Of a stretch of 64,000 nucleotides of DNA, positions 43,111 to 54,415 are shown one piece after another. This stretch comes from Naegleria gruberi (lineage: Eukaryota). How positions within the stretch are numbered: the first letter of the stretch is position 1; every line of letters begins with the position of its first letter. The stretch lies in assembly GCA_000004985.1 (NCBI GenBank), contig GG738853.1, one strand, 5' to 3'. The notes under the pieces are model-generated. The model searched no databases and was not told where the DNA came from. It saw only the letters and a program-made list of their open reading frames with translations. Made by a program: the position numbers and the translations under genes.

Positions 43111-44299
43111 ATGTCTACTCCGACAATGACAGCAGAGTTTGACGATAGTCATTTAACTACGTTTAAATTTGGACAGTCTGATGCTCATATGCATGACTCA
43201 CTCGATCCTTCCCAATGGAAAATAACAGATTTTGAATTGTTAGAAATTATTGGTACTGGTACTTTTGGTAGTGTTAGATTAGTTAAACATAAACATACAC
43301 AACAATACTATGCTATGAAAATTATTAAAAAGTATGATGTAATTAGAATGAAACAAGTAGAACATATCATTAGTGAGAAGAATATTCTCTCTCAAGTTGA
43401 TCATCCTTTCATTGTTAGACTTTATAGAACATTCCAAGATGAAAATTATTTATTCATGATTATGGAATATGTGTGCGGAGGTGAATTGTTTTCACATTTG
43501 AGACGTGTTGGTAAATTCCCTAATGATGTTGCAAAGTTTTATGCTGCTGAAATTATTTTAGCTATGGAATATCTTCATATGAAGAATATTGTTTATCGTG
43601 ATTTGAAACCAGAAAATGTTTTATTAGATAATGATGGTCATGTAAAAATTACTGATTTTGGTTTTGCTAAGAAGGTTCTTGACCGTACGTGGACTTTATG
43701 TGGTACTCCTGAATATTTAGCGTAGGTTTTTATTAATCTCTTAATATTTAAATTACTCTTTAATCTCTTAATCATAATGATAATACTCTTAATCATTCTG
43801 ATAATCTAAATCATCTAATTATTTTATTATGAATAGTCCTGAAATTATTCAATCTAAGGGTCATGGTAAAGCTGTTGACTGGTGGGCATTAGGTATTCTT
43901 ATTTATGAAATGTTAGTTGGTTATCCACCATTCTTTGATGATTCACCTTTCAAAATTTATGAAAAGATTTTACAAGGAAAGGTTGAATTTCCAAGATTTA
44001 TGGATCCAATGGCTCGTGATTTAATTAAACGTCTCTTAACTACAGATAAGATGAAACGTTTGGGTAATTTGAAAGGAGGTGCTGCTGATATTAAGGAACA
44101 CAAATGGTTTAAGGGTGTTGATTGGGATGAATTATATAATAGACAAATTGCATCTCCAATTCCTGTCAAGATTAGTTTTGCAGGTGATTCTAGATACTTT
44201 GAAACTTATCCGGAATCTCAAGATCATTGTATTCACCACACTGGTACTCCACATCAACAATTATCTGCTGATGTTCAAGCTCTATTTGATGGTTTTTAA
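43111..44299 (+). CDS. cAMP-dependent protein kinase catalytic subunit (AGC kinase) (exons 43111..43721, 43837..44299)
   Basis: Kinase motifs [26 protein letters not shown] and GTPEYLA|PE are present. The donor is GC|GTAGGT at 43722 and the acceptor AG is at 43835-43836 (115-nt intron, phase 2 restoring GCT). The AGC tail has the terminal FDGF hydrophobic motif. Confidence 0.9.
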
Positions 44300-45977
44300 T
44301 TTTTATTAAATGTATGTGAGAATACTGTATATACATCAAATAAAGTTATACATATTGTCACTGTACTTTTACTAAACAAGGTTTTAAACACTTGTTTCCA
44401 TTCATTTGTAAATAATGATTGAATAGTTTTCAAATCAATAACAATGTCAATAAAACACCAAAATCTAATCCATTCACAACCCCAATCTAATTCAATTGGA
44501 ATTCTAATGACTTGTTCCCTTGTTAATGATGGTGGTGAGGTTGGTGATGGTGATTCATCATGATTTTTATCATTATTCATTGTTTCATCTCCATTTGTTG
44601 TAGCAGTAGTAGTTGAATCATTTCCATTCACCGTCATTGTATCATCATTATTTTCATTATAATAAGAATTATCAAATTCAATTGACCATCTAGATCTAAA
44701 ACCAATACTAAATAAATATAATTGTTCATAAAATTTTGAAGTCATGTAATAAAATAGAGTATTATAAAATTTTCCATACGATTGAAATAAACCTCCAACA
44801 GAATGTTCAGCAGTTGCAACTTGTAAATCAATGAAATAACGTAAAATTTTAGAAATTTGAACAAGAATATTTCTACACTTGTTAATTAAATGAATAATTC
44901 TATTCAATTTTGATAAATAATTCATATTATTAGAATTTTTATAATTATTTAAAATTCTCAATTCAGGTAAAAGTTCATTATCTAAAATAGGAGGTGGTGG
45001 TAATTCAACTTTAGAAAAAACTTCTTGTTGATCATAATATTCTTTCCATTTTTGTAAAAATACTTGTTGTGAATTTTCTGAAAAAGGAGTCCATAATAAA
45101 CCTCTTTTTGTTAAAGAAATATTAAAATCATTTAATAAATTTGATCTAATTTGTAAACTATATCCTTTTATAGAAGTAGAAATTCCATAAATTAATTTTT
45201 TAAAATTATGAAAATTCATAATTGATAAACTTAAATATAAATATCTTGCTAAATAAGGAATATAAAATTTTCTTCTTAACATTAATTTAGTAATAAAATC
45301 TTTAATTTTCATTTGATATCCAAAATTAGTAGATAATTTATATTTACCAAAAATAAAACCAATATAATTAATTAAAATTAAATATAATTTTGATTTTTCA
45401 TTAAAAGGTTTATGTAAATGTAATTTAAATATACCATATATATATTTCATATCTAAATATTTAAATAATTTTTTAAAATAATTTTTAAAATAATTTATAT
45501 TTTTTTCATTTAATTTAATTTTATATTTAAATGTTTCTCTATTTGTATAATTTTCATTTCCAATATTAGAATTAAATGTATTATAAAAGGAAGTATATTG
45601 ATTATATTCTTCTTCTTGTTCTCTTTGCATTTCTTCAATATCATCATCTTGATAATAAATATTATTTCCATCTTTGGTAATATTATATATATCATAATGA
45701 TATTCACTTCCAATTGAATATCCTATTTTTTTATCTAATTGAATAAAACTTTATATATTTTATAATAATATTTAAAAATTATATTTAATTAATATTAAAA
45801 TTATATTTAATTAATATTATATTTAAATTAAAAAAAAACATACTTTATAGGTATTTGTAAATTATGAGTAGGATAACATCTCATTGAAATATCAAATGTA
45901 GCATATTCTAAATCCCATGGATGTGTATCTTCATAAGAATCCCAATTTAATGATGCATTTAATTTATATATTTCCAT
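44296..45977 (-). CDS. very AT-rich protein of unknown function (exons 45977..45844, 45748..44296)
   Basis: Exon 1 (MEIYKLNASLNWDSYEDTHPWDLEYATFDISMRCYPTHNLQIPI) ends at AA|GTATGT (donor at 45843). The acceptor AG is at 45750-45749. The phase-2 join (AAT) continues FIQLDKKIGYSIG...EEMQREQ into ORF 44296..45630. The intron is 95 nt. I recognise no family. Confidence 0.5.
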
Positions 45978-46411
45978 TTTTTAATATTATTATTAATATT
46001 AATATATTATTATATTATTATTAGTATGTTATCAATTAGTTATATTGTTGAATTATGTTATTATATTGTTTGTTACATGAATTCCGAGAGTATGATCATT
46101 ATTTGTTGTTGTTGTTGTTGTTGTTGTAAATATAACAATAGAAGTGATGTTATTTTTTTCACGTATTAATGAAGGCTTGTTTCTAATTCAACATTATTAT
46201 CATCATAATAAAGTTTCAATGAATAATTTAAAGAAGAAATAAACATTGGAATTCAAATGTCCAAGTCTAGACTTGAGAATAATTGAATGGCCATTAGAAA
46301 GAATTTTCATGACATTATTCCCGCCATAAATTAAATCTACAGTTGTTTTATTCAAATATTAAAAAAAAAGTGTAAATAATTGAGGAGGGAAATTTTAAGA
46401 AAATAATAATA

Positions 46412-46687
46412 ATGGACAATCAAGTGTTGTATTCAGCAGAACAAATTCAAATTCCCAATGATTTAGGAGAAGTTCTTAAACAATATACAAAGGATGCTAT
46501 CAGAGCCTCACCAGCTGATTTGATCCGATGGAGTGCAAAGTAAGTATTATTATTCCATATAATCAATAATTTAGCCTTCCTTACATGAAACAGTTATTTT
46601 GCAACCAAGACTAATAAACCACTTCCATTCCCTAATGTTCCTCTCACTAACACTACCCCTACTAGTACTACTGCTCAAAGTAAATAA
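46412..46687 (+). CDS. small RIIa (PKA-RII dimerisation/docking)-domain protein; 3' exon structure unresolved
   Basis: Exon 1 (46412..46540) reads MDNQVLYSAEQIQIPNDLGEVLKQYTKDAIRASPADLIRWSAK, followed by GTAAGT. This matches the RIIa pattern IPxxLxxLLxxxTxxxxRxxPxDLxxFxxxYF. With the AG at 46592-46593, a canonical phase-0 join gives only LFCNQD then stop (46614). The attractive continuation YFATKTNKPLPFPNV... (to 46687) is offset by 1 nt. Confidence 0.5.
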
Positions 46688-46880
46688 TAGAAATATTAAT
46701 AGCAAAATGACGTTTGTTGCCAACTCACACAATGTAAATATCTCGAAAACATCTTCCTAATAATATATCATTGCCCAACAATGCATATTGTTCAATACAG
46801 CAAATAACTGTAATTGTCTTGCAAAACACGTATTGGTGATTTCATCATTCAATTTGAAAATAAAAATAGCAAACAAAAAA

Positions 46881-48453
46881 ATGAAAATATTTAAACTTTT
46901 AATTGTATTATTATTTTTGATTTCATCAATAGTACTTGTTGCTAATTGTTCAGATGCTACTTCAACTGCTGGTAGTGAAAATATAGAAATTAAAAGTAAA
47001 TTAAATGATCAACAAAATACATATACACAAGATTCATTATTGGGAAATGGTATTTTAACTGGAATTAAAAAGGATGGAACAATTGATAGTATTATTGCTC
47101 AATATAAACAATTAGATAATGAATATATTAAATCTAATAATATTGATAATGGTGATGAAAAGAAGGAAGATATTACAATTGAAAATCCATCAGTAACAAC
47201 TCCTACAACACCTACTACTACACCAACAACAACAACACCACCTATTGATATTACAACACCATCATTACCTAGTACTGTTAATAATCCAATTGATGAAAAA
47301 CCAAAAGATATTGAATTGCCACCATTGGAAGAAAAGAAATCATCAACTGAATCATCAAAACCAACAGTTGATACTCCAACAACAACAACAAAAACAACAA
47401 CAACTACTACTACAACTCCATTACAAGATAAACCTGGAAAGGAAGAAGAATCAGCTGCTGAACAAAAATTGAGAGAAGAAATTAGTAAACTTAAGGCTAA
47501 ACTTGAAGAAATTCAAAAGAAGGAACAAGAAAAGTCAACACCAACAGCACCAATTGAAAAACAAAATAAGCCTATTACAATTGAAAATCCATCACCAGTA
47601 ATAACTCCTACAACAACAACAACTCAACCAAAGGCTGAAAAATCAATTGAAACTACTAAACCATCTACAACTACTACTACTACACCTTCTAAACCATCTA
47701 CAACTACAACTACAACTATTCCATCTAAAATTGATAATAAGAGTAGTACTCCAAGTAAACAGACAACATCATCTACTACTAGTAAAACATCGACAACAAC
47801 AACAACTCCTAATACTACTACTAACAAATCAACAACAACAACTACACCAACAAACAAACAATCATCATCTACTACTAGTAGCAGTTCATCATCAACAAGT
47901 AAATCATCTTCCAAATCAAAGAATAAGTCTACAACAAGTAGTACAACAAGTAAGAATAAGACTAAACCATCAAGTACTTCTCCAACTACCAACAACAAAC
48001 AATCATCATCTGCTAGTACTACTTCTACAACTCCGACAACAAAAACTCCAACAACAACAACAACTCCAAGTAACAAACAATCATACTACCACTGGTTCTA
48101 CTACTACTACTTCCAATACTAATAAACCAAGTAGTACTACTTCTACAACAACAACTCCAAGTAACAAACAACCAATTCAACCTAATAAGAATACAGTTGT
48201 ACGTCCAACACTTAAAGAAGAAGAAGAAAAGAATAATGGAATATCACAAGTATTTATATTTGGATTTGGTATAATTCTATTTTTAGTAATTATTGCAATT
48301 TTCTTTTTATTTATGAGAAAGAGAAAACCAACATTAAAATATGAACCAGTTTCACAATATGAAAATGATTCAATTCAAAATAATGATAATTCCATTGTTG
48401 AATTAGATGATAAACATAAAGTAATTAATGAACCTGTTGATTTGGAAATTTAA
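46881..48453 (+). CDS. mucin-like Thr/Ser/Pro-rich type I membrane protein; apparent +1 frame change near 48084
   Basis: A signal peptide (MKIFKLLIVLLFLISSIVLVANC) is followed by long T/S/P tracts. The Thr-rich reading switches from the frame of ORF 46788..48122 to that of ORF 47647..48453 around CAATCAT|ACTACC. The latter ORF supplies a TM segment (VFIFGFGIILFLVIIAIFFLF) and a cytoplasmic tail. Confidence 0.6.
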
Positions 48454-48846
48454 ATAAATTCAAATATTATATATTACAATTATTATGTTATGTGTGTGTA
48501 TTTATTATTATTATAAAGTATTATTAATGGAGTGTGTGTATATTACAGTTAATCTAATATCAATGATTCAATCAAATAATTACATAAAAAAATTAACAAT
48601 AAAAAAAATGTCCAATCAACATGATTCCGATTCCAATTCATCATCATCATCATCTAAACAACAATTACATCATGATTCAAATAATTCAAATAATTCAAAT
48701 AATTCAAATAATATAATACAAATAATAATAATTCAAATATAAAAAAAACAAGATTTGAACGTGAAATTGAATCATTAACAAAACAAACGATTGAATTAGA
48801 AAATGTAGAAAATAAATTAAAACAATTATTTCCACAAGAATATGCA

Positions 48847-49299
48847 ATGAATAATTCAAACAAATTTGAAAATGATCAAATATTAAGACATCAAGATCCA
48901 ACTGTTAAATATTTTACTTTAATTGGAGGTTCAATTGGTGCAATTTCAAGTGCTTATTTACTTTATCAACCAATTGATAAATTTGGAAGATTATTTTTTA
49001 AACAATTTACTTCAAATTATAGAATTAGATATTATTTTACAATTCCAACTTTTACTTTTTTAACAATTACTATAAGTGGTATTTTATCAGGTTTATATCC
49101 ATATGGTACACATAGAATTATGAAATTTTTAAATAATCAATTTAATATTGATGTTAATGATAATTTTGATGATTTTTTAATTTCTGGTTTACCTTTAACT
49201 AAAAATGATTTACTTTCTCATTTAAATAAATTTAATAATAATAATAATAATAAATTAATTATTAATAATTTAATTATAATAAAATTAAAATTAAATTAA
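48847..49299 (+). CDS. small membrane protein, unknown function; may extend 5' to ATG 48608 across a frame change at 48712..48742
   Basis: ORF 48847..49299 has two or three hydrophobic segments. Its frame stays open upstream to 48712 (YNTNNNNSNIKKTRFEREIESLTKQTIELENVENKLKQLFPQEYAM). There it abuts ORF 48485..48742 (MSNQHDSDSNSSS... from 48608) in another frame. Confidence 0.45.
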   Translation: MNNSNKFENDQILRHQDPTVKYFTLIGGSIGAISSAYLLYQPIDKFGRLFFKQFTSNYRIRYYFTIPTFTFLTITISGILSGLYPYGTHRIMKFLNNQFNIDVNDNFDDFLISGLPLTKNDLLSHLNKFNNNNNNKLIINNLIIIKLKLN

Positions 49300-49319
49300 T
49301 ATTATGTTTAAAATTATTT

Positions 49320-50420
49320 TTATTTATTTAAATTAATATATTTAACATTTAATTCAATACCATTATTACTTTGATTTCTAAAAATGGAATTAAAATTATC
49401 ATTTTTTAAATTATTTGAATAATCAAATGCAATTCCCATACTTTCAGTACTAAAAGTATAACCAAATTCTAATTGATCATAATCAGTAACTTTACATGAT
49501 AAACATCCAATTTTTCTTTCATTTGTAAAATTAATTAAATTACCATAAATAGAAAATAAAGCTTGTTCCATTGGAATTTCAAATATTTTATCAACTAGAT
49601 AATTTGACATTTGATTTAACATGATATCTTCACCAATTCCACTAAAATTACTTGCAATTTGTATAAAATTATCATTATCACTATCTTGTACATATTTAGT
49701 ATCTGAATAACATCCACTTCCATATATAGAAGCTTCACCAATTCTACCTGAATATTTTAATGATATTCCACCACTACTAACACCTGATGATAATATTCCA
49801 TTATAATATATTATACATCCAACTGTATCATATNNNNNNNNNNNNNNNNNNNNNNNNNNNNNNNNNNNNNNNNNNNNNNNNNNATTATTTAAATTATTTA
49901 TATTATTATTACCATTTATATTATTATTATTAAAATTATAAATAGATGAAAAACATAAACATGCATCACATTCAACTAAACCATTTCTATTTAAATTACT
50001 ACCATATCCAGCATTTGTAAATGGTGAATTTTCTAAAATAGAAATAGCATATGAACATGCATTTAAACATTTTTTTATTTTTTCATTTTCATCATTTTTA
50101 TTTATAAATTTACTATTATTTAAATTATTTAAATTATTAAAATATTGATTAATAGTTTGTTGTATAGATTGTTTCATTAAATTTCTATATAAATTATTAT
50201 TATTAATAGAATGATATCCTGCTCCACAATGAACTGCAATAAAATATACATCATCTTCATCTTCATCATCTTTTAAATCATTATTTAAATCATTATTTAA
50301 ATTATTATATTCTATTATTTCATTATTATTATTATTATCTTGTTGTTGTTGAATAGATAAAGATGATGATGATGAATTATTCCGATCAACATGTTGATGA
50401 TGATTAACTTGTTCACTCAT
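49320..50420 (-). CDS. TASP1: taspase-1 / asparaginase-2 family Ntn-hydrolase (interrupted by an assembly gap)
   Basis: FIAVHCGAGYHS, NAGYGSNLNRNGLVECDA and YDTVGCIIYYNGILSSGVSSGGISLKYSGRIGEASIYGSGCY match the family. This includes the DTVG autoprocessing/nucleophile Thr motif. The likely start is MSEQVNHHQH at 50420. N-rich insertions are present. Confidence 0.75.
   Translation of the reverse strand: MSEQVNHHQHVDRNNSSSSSLSIQQQQDNNNNNEIIEYNNLNNDLNNDLKDDEDEDDVYFIAVHCGAGYHSINNNNLYRNLMKQSIQQTINQYFNNLNNLNNSKFINKNDENEKIKKCLNACSYAISILENSPFTNAGYGSNLNRNGLVECDACLCFSSIYNFNNNNINGNNNINNLNNXXXXXXXXXXXXXXXXXYDTVGCIIYYNGILSSGVSSGGISLKYSGRIGEASIYGSGCYSDTKYVQDSDNDNFIQIASNFSGIGEDIMLNQMSNYLVDKIFEIPMEQALFSIYGNLINFTNERKIGCLSCKVTDYDQLEFGYTFSTESMGIAFDYSNNLKNDNFNSIFRNQSNNGIELNVKYINLNK
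49834..49883. other. assembly gap (50 N)
   Basis: A run of exactly 50 n characters lies inside the taspase-like CDS. Confidence 0.99.
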
Positions 50421-50582
50421 TTTTTTAAAGTTTATAATAGAAAAAAACAAATTGTAACACACAACTATTTCAAATTTAATTTTATTACATTTTCAATACA
50501 TACAATACTTTTAATACATATGATTCAGATTACAAAATATATAAATAAATATATAAACACATAATAATAAATATATAAAATA

Positions 50583-51836
50583 TTATTGTAAAATATTATA
50601 CATTAATAATTCTAAAATATTTGTAATTAAAATAACATGTTTACAACTTTGTATATTTTTAGAATCACATACTAATAATGGTAATTGATAATTAATAGCT
50701 AATTCAATAGAATTATTTAATAAATTTAAATGATTATTATTTAAATATTTAATTAAATTATTTTCATTTTCATTATTAAAAGTATTTAATAACATTATTT
50801 CCATTACATCTAATTGTTCTTCATCATCTTTAAATTTACTACCAATTAATGAATTTGATTTTACTTTTAATCCATTTATAGATTCATTTGTATCTAATTT
50901 CCATATTGGTATATTTAATAAATTATTTAAATTTTCATTAAATAAATAAATTACATAAGTTTTACCTGAATATAAATTTGCTGAAAATATTGATTTTCTT
51001 GAATGTGGTGATTTTATACCACCATGATCTTGAAATGATATTTGTATATATTTACTATTATTATTATTATTATTATTACTATTTATAGAATTATTTAAAT
51101 TATTAAATTCAATTAAATTATTATTATTATTAATAAATAATTCAAATGATTTCATTACAATTCTAAAATCAATAGTTTGATCATATTTATTAAAATCTTG
51201 ATCAATTTTATCACAAATATTATTAACAAATTTAGATTTACCTGTTTTAGAATTACCTTTTACATGAATTCTAAAAAATAAATTAGTTAAATCATCTGAT
51301 CTATTATTAAATTGTGTTTTTGTAATTTCTTTAAATTTAAAATAATATTTTGTAATTGTTTGACATAAAATTCTTTCATTTTTTAAATTATTTAATTTTA
51401 AATTTTTAATTTTATCAGAATTAAATGGAAAATATAATATTCCAATTTCATTTTTTAATAAATATTTCCATATTTGATCACATGGTGTTTTTATTTCATT
51501 ATTTAAATTATTATTTAAAATAGATTGACCACAAATATATTCATACCAATCTTTATTTAACATTGATAATAATGTTAATTCATAAGTATTTAAAAATGAT
51601 ATTATTTCAAATGTCATTTCATGTGTTAAATCAAAATTATTATTAAATATAAATGAAATTGTTTTAATTGATGTACTTGTTGTTGTAGTTGTTGTACTTG
51701 TAGTTGTAGTAGTAGTTGTATTATTATCATTATTATCATTGTTATCATTGTTAATAGTAGTTGTATTATTATCAATTAAATGATGATCGGAAGGATCTTC
51801 TTGTTGATCAATAATAATATGATTATTGTTGATCAT
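50583..51836 (-). CDS. F-box-like protein with a divergent P-loop (small-GTPase-like) region
   Basis: The N-terminus has N/T-rich tracts. An F-box-like segment follows (LTHEMTFEIISFLNTYELTLLSMLNKDWYEYI), then a Walker-A-like KGNSKTGKSKF and a possible DxxG (QDHGG). The coding sequence is very AT-rich. Confidence 0.45.
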   Translation of the reverse strand: MINNNHIIIDQQEDPSDHHLIDNNTTTINNDNNDNNDNNTTTTTTTSTTTTTTSTSIKTISFIFNNNFDLTHEMTFEIISFLNTYELTLLSMLNKDWYEYICGQSILNNNLNNEIKTPCDQIWKYLLKNEIGILYFPFNSDKIKNLKLNNLKNERILCQTITKYYFKFKEITKTQFNNRSDDLTNLFFRIHVKGNSKTGKSKFVNNICDKIDQDFNKYDQTIDFRIVMKSFELFINNNNNLIEFNNLNNSINSNNNNNNNSKYIQISFQDHGGIKSPHSRKSIFSANLYSGKTYVIYLFNENLNNLLNIPIWKLDTNESINGLKVKSNSLIGSKFKDDEEQLDVMEIMLLNTFNNENENNLIKYLNNNHLNLLNNSIELAINYQLPLLVCDSKNIQSCKHVILITNILELLMYNILQ

Positions 51837-53308
51837 TTTTTTTTAATTTGATAGAGAAATGTGTGGATTGTATGAGTAGAAGAAATTGTACAAAGAATAA
51901 TAAGAACATGGAACAATTACATGTTCAGTGTTCAACATATCCTCAAAAGCATTTAAAGGAAAACAGCTGTTTTGTGACATCAATTGCTGGTGGTTTCTTG
52001 CATGGATTCGTATATAAGTGGCTCTTATGAGTCCTCAATCCATGATTCTGCTTATTGTTCCAACTGAACCAAAGAATAAGGATGTTAATCATTCAGTTGT
52101 AAATTACTGAAAAGTTTTCTGAATTGGAAGAACATTAAAAGGTCAAACATTTAGAAGATCAAATTCAAATTGAGAAAAAGATAAGAACAAGAAGGATAGA
52201 CAAGAGGAAGCCAGACATAAGAAGGATGTAGAAGACAGAAAGAAGAAGGAAGAGGAAGATCGTTTGAGAAAAGCCCAATTAGAAGAGGATGATTAGAAGA
52301 TGAAAGAAAGAGAAAAGCCTAAATTGAAGAAGAACGTAGGAGAAAGGCAGATTTGGAAGAGGAAAACAAGAAGAGCAACCTGCTCAAGAGGAAGAGGAAA
52401 AGAAAAAGGTTAAATGAGTGAGGTCATGAAAGATCTCCTTTCCAAGTCTGCAACAGAAGTACTCGTTATCAATCATTTGAAGGAATTAACGTCGATTACA
52501 AGGCCTCATTCATCATCATTTTTTGGAAAATACTTTAATAGCTTGGTTTTGTAAACTTTGGAGAGGATCGCAATTTTGGCGTCGATTTGATGTAAATGGA
52601 ACCACAAGGATTGAGCACAAATATTCGTTATGGTAAACAAAATCATTATGTTATCAAACAAACTAGCCGTTCCATTTTAAAATGTAGATTTCGTCTAGAT
52701 GGAACCACCAAAGGTGAGTCAACACGTGCCGATTTCACAACATATTACAATCGTTCCAAGCTGTTGGCCAATCGACAAATTAGCACATAATTTCATAATA
52801 GCGCAATATGATTATTTCACCTACCATTTGGACTACTCATAATTTATCCTTATAATAGAGTTACTTATCTTAACCACTTTGATTTTGTATTCTACTCTTC
52901 TGTTAAAAATATTTGATGATCCTTGGATTCTGTTACTGGTAGTACACTTACACTAAATACTTACGTTGTCTGTCCTGCATGTCTGTTCTGCGACCATTCT
53001 ATGAAGTTTCAAAATGAATTGTGTAAATAATATGCCAATGTCAGAAAAGCAAAGCAACAATTCGATATGTAAAGTTTAAAACAAAATTGAACGCATATGT
53101 ATTCAGAGATATGGTATCTTTAACAATCTTCAGTAGTTATTTTGTTTTACACACTTACACAATTTTGTAGATTCAGTAATGCATTTCTACTCACAAATGA
53201 GAACTGTACTGATTAACGAAGCTGACCCTCCAAACCAATAAAGAAAAATTGAATATTTTGTTTATTTTATTCCGAAAGTTCTAAGTCAATGGTTTTCCAT
53301 TTGGCCAA

Positions 53309-54415
53309 TCAGGCATCTTCATCTTCTTTATATTGAAAGTCTTTGTTGTGATCTTTTAATTGGTTCATTTCACTCAAGTATTTTGTTCCTTCATCACCAA
53401 TATAGTTGTTGTTAATATAAAGATACATTATTTCTTTCAATTCACTTATGTATTTAACTCCTTCATCTCTAATCTTATTGTAGGAAATATCAAGATGGGT
53501 CAATTGTTTCAATCCACTCAAATATTTAATTCCTTCATCACCAATGTCATTACAAGAAATATCAAGATCCATTAATTGTTTCAATTCACATAAATATTTA
53601 GCTCCCTCATCACCAATTTGATTGTTAGAAATATTAAGAAGTATTAAATGTTTTAATTCACTTAAATATTTTGCTCCTTCATTTCCAATTTGATTGTTAT
53701 TAATATAAAGATCAGTTAATTGTTTCAATTCTCCAATATATTTAGATCCTTCATCACCTATACGATTATCTTGAATATTAAGATAGGTCAATTGTTTTAA
53801 TTCACTTAAATATTTTGCTCCTTCATCATCAATATTATTTTTATCAATAATAAGAATGGTCAATTGTTTCAATTCACTTATATATTTTGATCCTTTAGCA
53901 CCAATATTATTTTTATCAATAATAAGAAAAGTTAATTGTTTCAATTCACTTAAATATTTAGCTCCATATTCAGAAATACCATTATTACGAATATCAAGAG
54001 TGGTCAATTGTTTCAATTCACTTATAAATCTAACACCCTCATCACCTATATAACTATCATAAATATGAAGTTTTTTTAATTGTTTCAATTCACTTAAATG
54101 ATTTAATGCTTCTCCTTCTTTAATTCTAATTTTAAGTTTTGTTAATGATTTCATCATTTTTAATTTTTTAACAGTATTAATAGTGCTGGCAGTAGTACTA
54201 ACATGAAGATTACAACATGTTGATAAAATAACATTCAACCACTGTTTAGATACCAATGTACAATTCAAGATAATAAAATTAAAATCATCAAAGAAGGAAA
54301 TTATTTCATATATTATATCATTATGAAATTTATAATCATTGTGTGACAAGTTCTCCATCCTTGTTTGAACCATGTTAGTTGAATGTTGTGTACACAATGT
54401 TGGGAGTTTTTCCAT
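53309..54415 (-). CDS. F-box + leucine-rich-repeat (RNI-like) protein
   Basis: The N-terminus is F-box-like (NDIIYEIISFFDDFNFIILNCTLVSKQWLNVI). About ten 24-aa repeats follow, of the form (L)xIxxNxIGDEGAKYLSELKQLT. Confidence 0.82.
   Translation of the reverse strand: MEKLPTLCTQHSTNMVQTRMENLSHNDYKFHNDIIYEIISFFDDFNFIILNCTLVSKQWLNVILSTCCNLHVSTTASTINTVKKLKMMKSLTKLKIRIKEGEALNHLSELKQLKKLHIYDSYIGDEGVRFISELKQLTTLDIRNNGISEYGAKYLSELKQLTFLIIDKNNIGAKGSKYISELKQLTILIIDKNNIDDEGAKYLSELKQLTYLNIQDNRIGDEGSKYIGELKQLTDLYINNNQIGNEGAKYLSELKHLILLNISNNQIGDEGAKYLCELKQLMDLDISCNDIGDEGIKYLSGLKQLTHLDISYNKIRDEGVKYISELKEIMYLYINNNYIGDEGTKYLSEMNQLKDHNKDFQYKEDEDA

Noticed and set aside
47245-48076. ORFs 47245..47472 (plus) and 47624..48076 (minus, V/L/D-rich) inside the mucin-like gene
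   Set aside because: These are alternative-frame and antisense readings of ACN/TCN repeats. Such open frames are typical in Thr/Ser-rich low-complexity DNA.
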